A DNA stretch of 64,000 nucleotides from positions 56,482,001 through 56,546,000 of the forward strand of contig CM075978.1 in the NCBI GenBank assembly GCA_038087875.1, in the 5' to 3' direction. Below are positions 60,781 through 64,000 of the stretch, piece after piece. The stretch comes from Malacoraja senta (taxonomy: Eukaryota). Each line of letters starts with the position of its first letter. Position 1 is the first letter of the stretch. The translations under genes were made by a program, and so were the position numbers. The notes below the pieces were generated by a model, which saw only the letters and a program-made list of their open reading frames with translations, was not told the origin of the DNA and ran no database searches.

Positions 60781-61599
60781 TGCTGACCATCTTGTTCCCA
60801 TGGAGATGCTCATTCTGCTATGCTCTGCATGCATCCTTTTTGTACCTCTGACTAATCTGTTGTGTCTCTTTCTACTGACCTTTCTATCTCAGCACAGAAC
60901 TGCTGGGAGGTTCCTACATTTGTGTCCTTTCTGCCTCTCCTTGTTCCCGGGACCTGTGCTAGGTGCTCTGAATTTGATTTATGTTCTCCCGTTGTCAATG
61001 CCTGCATTGATCCATTCGTTAGGCAAAGAATCTCAGTAATTTGTTTTGTAATTCTCCTTTGTATACACTCAACTGAACTTAATCATACCATCATATTCAA
61101 CTCAATCCTGGTGCAGGGTCTCGTCCTGAAAAATGGATGGACCTTCTGCTTCTACAGATGCTGCCTGACCTGCTGAGTTTCTCCAGCAGTTTGTTTTTTG
61201 CTCCAGATTCCAGCATCTGATGTCGCATGTCTCAATTATACTGTAATTACATTGCATATCACTATTAAAATGAAAGTTAAACTCTCCTGGTATTAAAACC
61301 AAACCACCAGTTTCTACTTTGGCTACTTCTGATTGTTGTCACCCCATAGCCGTTACTGGAATGCTCATATAATTCACACTCAATTTTTAGAAGCTTTTCA
61401 TTTCCTAATTTTACACATTGACCCTTATGACATCACCTCGCTCAGCAGTGAAACGATTACAACCTTGATGACACCGCCATTTTCCATACAACATAAGCAG
61501 TTGAGATAGAAGCAAGAATAGTCGTGTGTCTGCCTTACCATTTAATAACATGACTGTGCTTTTACCTTAGTGTCACTTTCCTGAACTAACCCATGTCCC

Positions 61600-62110
61600 T
61601 GATCAGTCTGAAGAAAGGTATTGACCCAAAACATTACCTGTCCATTCTCTCTCCAGATGTTGCCTGACCTGATGAGTTCCTCCAGCACTTTGTGTTTTGT
61701 TCAAGATTCCAGCATCTGCAGTCCCTTGTGGTGCAGTTTCTTGATATGCAATAATCCATTGATTCCTGTCTGGAATGCACTCAGTGACTGAGCTCCCACA
61801 GCTCTCTTGGGTCAAGAACTCCATAGCTAACCTTTTTCTCAACTCTGTCTTGAATGGCTCACCCCTTATTTTGAGATTGTGACCCTCATTCAAGAAGCCT
61901 CAGCCAGAGGAACCACCATCTTTGCATCGATCCTGTCAAGCCTCTTAAGAATTTTGCATGTTTCCACAAGATCACCCCTCATTCTTCTACATTCAGCAGC
62001 TTGGGCCCATCTGCTTCATCTTTCCTCAGCGAGCCCCACTGCCCCCCATCTCTGTAATCAGTCTGATAACCCTTCGTCACATGTAGGTAGTGTGGACCTC
62101 CACATAACAC
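61600..62110. mobile_element. pLTR copy (+, ~61600-61730) followed by a degenerate CR1 fragment (-)
   Basis: cagtctgaagaaaggtattgacccaaaacatt...ccagcatctgcagtccc; GHNLKIRGEPFKTELRK. Confidence 0.65.
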
Positions 62111-62534
62111 TACAAAAGCAAACATTATTTGAAAATTGCATTGATTTTGTTTAGTCCACGTACGAGTTGGTCGCCTACTGTGTTTACCGTAAACAGTGAA
62201 TATAATTCATTTGTTCATATCATTAAGGCCAACCACCCAGCTAATTACATTGGCATTTTGCTCCTCCCCCCTCTCTGCAGCAAGAGACAATTTCAAGAAT
62301 ACCTTTGATAAAATCCACACTAGATGGCATTGTCCCCTCGCATACGTGATAGGGCAAAAGACTCAAAACAGTGTCTTCAATGGAATGAAACCGAGTGTTA
62401 CAATCGGGCTGCATAACTGAGGTCTGGTCCTTGCAGAATCTTTCAAGTAACCTGCATGTGTCATAATTAGAAAAGAGTTACTTCCAACAGAATAACACAA
62501 AATCTGGTCATTTTCCCACTCCTGCGTAGTCATT

Positions 62535-62945
62535 GAATCATACAGCATAGATACAGGCCCTTTGTCCCAACTTGACCAGGAGCTGGTCTTATTTGTGTTT
62601 GGCCCATATCCCTCTAAACCTTTCCTATCCATGAACCTGTCCAAATGCCTTTTAAACATTGTAATTGTACCCACCTCTACCACTTCTTTTGGCAGCTCGT
62701 TCCACATCCACTCATTCACTGTGAAAAAAATGGCCCCCAGGCCTCCTTTAAATCTTTCGCATCTCACGTTAAATGTATGCCCTCTAATTTTAGACTCCAC
62801 TTCCCTGGGCAAAAGACTGTAGCCATTCACTCTGCCTATGTCCCTCATGATGCTACATACCTCTTCACCCCTCTGCCACCTACACTCCAGAAGAAAATGC
62901 CCCAGCTTTTCCAGTCACTCCTTATAACTCAAACCCTCCAGTCCC
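62535..62945 (-). mobile_element. CR1 3' fragment
   Basis: RGHTFNVRCERFKG...WNELPKEVVEVGTITMFKRHLDRFMDRKGLEGYGPN. Confidence 0.85.
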
Positions 62946-63829
62946 GATACCTGAGATTTTGCTGTGTTAACTGGCCACCGTGTTTTTATATTGCTGATGA
63001 CCACCCCTCAAGAAATTCCTTCAGCGAAAAGTTGCCATGTCAAAACAAGTTCTTTACTTCTCATAAAATGTAATTGAGCAGTTTGTTAAACAGTGTTGTA
63101 AGAGATGTCAGTATCCAATAATTTGGTTTACAATAAACAGCATGATCAATTTCTTCGCCTGAGTGACAGAAAGACTCAAGATGAATACCAATGTCTAGGC
63201 ATTACATTGCCCAAATAACACTGTTCTGACAGCTTGGATCACTTTGCTTCTGAAACAGAACTTAATTAAAATGCTTCCTGTCCATTTCCCTCCACAGATT
63301 CTACTTGATCTGCTGAGTTCCTCCAGCAGGTTGCTTGTTGCTAACTAAATGCTAAATCTTACAAACCAACTTCTTCCCCCATTCAAACACTCTCTTTAGA
63401 CTTTAAAGTTAGACTTAGATTTTCTCCTTGCATGAATTCCCACAAATAGTTAGCAGGTCAGGCAGCGCCCGCAGGGAGACAAAGAGCTAACAGTTCAGGT
63501 CGAAGCTGTTGAACCCACAGAGAACCTCTAGCATTCTCTCTTTATTTCACACTTCCGGAATCTGCATCATTTTACTTTCTGAAGTCTGAAAGCGGGTTCT
63601 CAAGTTTATCAGATTGATCAGTCCCCGAGATGCGATCTCGGCTTCCTTATCTTTGCTAGTCTTTGTGATTCTGGTTCCACACTAACTTTTATAATGCTAA
63701 CAAATCTCTTAGTTCTATTAACTCCATCATTCGAGCGACTTCCTCAACTCTCCAAGACAACAAGTACATAAATGGGATCTTGCCATAGATGAACAGTGGA
63801 AATATTCCCAAGCATTCCTTATTCCTTTA

Positions 63830-64000
63830 AGGAATTTGTGGTGGATTTTAGGAGGTGAGGAACACCCCTGTCCCCTGTCTCCATCAAGGGTGTTGATGTG
63901 CGGTTTACTAGGGAGTACAAATACCTTGCAGTTTACCTGGACAGTAAACTGGACTGGTCCAGGAACGCTGAGGCCCTGTCCAAGAAGAGATAGAGCTGAC
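63830..64000 (+). mobile_element. Rex1/Babar-type LINE fragment running off the window
   Basis: EFVVDFRR...PVSIKGVDV...EYKYLAVYLDSKLDWSRN. Confidence 0.75.

Noticed and set aside
59000-64000. Search for the next upstream BICRA-family exon (LLPYHVY motif)
   Set aside because: No matching exon found; it probably lies beyond the window

Overview
Vertebrate genomic DNA, very probably an elasmobranch such as a skate or ray (inferred from HE1-type tRNA-derived SINEs plus abundant CR1, Rex-Babar, L2 and Penelope elements). It is mostly transposon-derived. Two protein-coding genes are visible, both on the minus strand. (1) The 5' end of STARD9 (kinesin-3, KIF16A): coding exons 1-3 at 26217-26263, 10476-10545 and 1968-2084, a GC-rich promoter near 26.3-26.55 kb, and four tandem short uORFs. 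(2) The last three coding exons of a BICRA/GLTSCR1-family gene at 58845-58939, 53835-53937 and 50904-51988; its position next to STARD9 suggests a third ohnologue. The most striking non-coding signal is a dispersed family of roughly 15-20 short Penelope-terminus (pLTR) copies. Several are foldback palindromes, and the best-preserved carry a minimal hammerhead-ribozyme core (CTGA[A/T]GA-A-stemII-GAAACGT[C/T]). The same terminus sits inverted upstream of Penelope RT/GIY-YIG remnants. Also present: hAT, Harbinger and 7-bp-TSD (hATw-like) MITEs, unclassified foldback elements and a Vingi-like LINE. Exon, TSD and motif coordinates were read directly; boundaries of degenerate repeats are approximate. 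Protein comparisons are from memory, not database searches.
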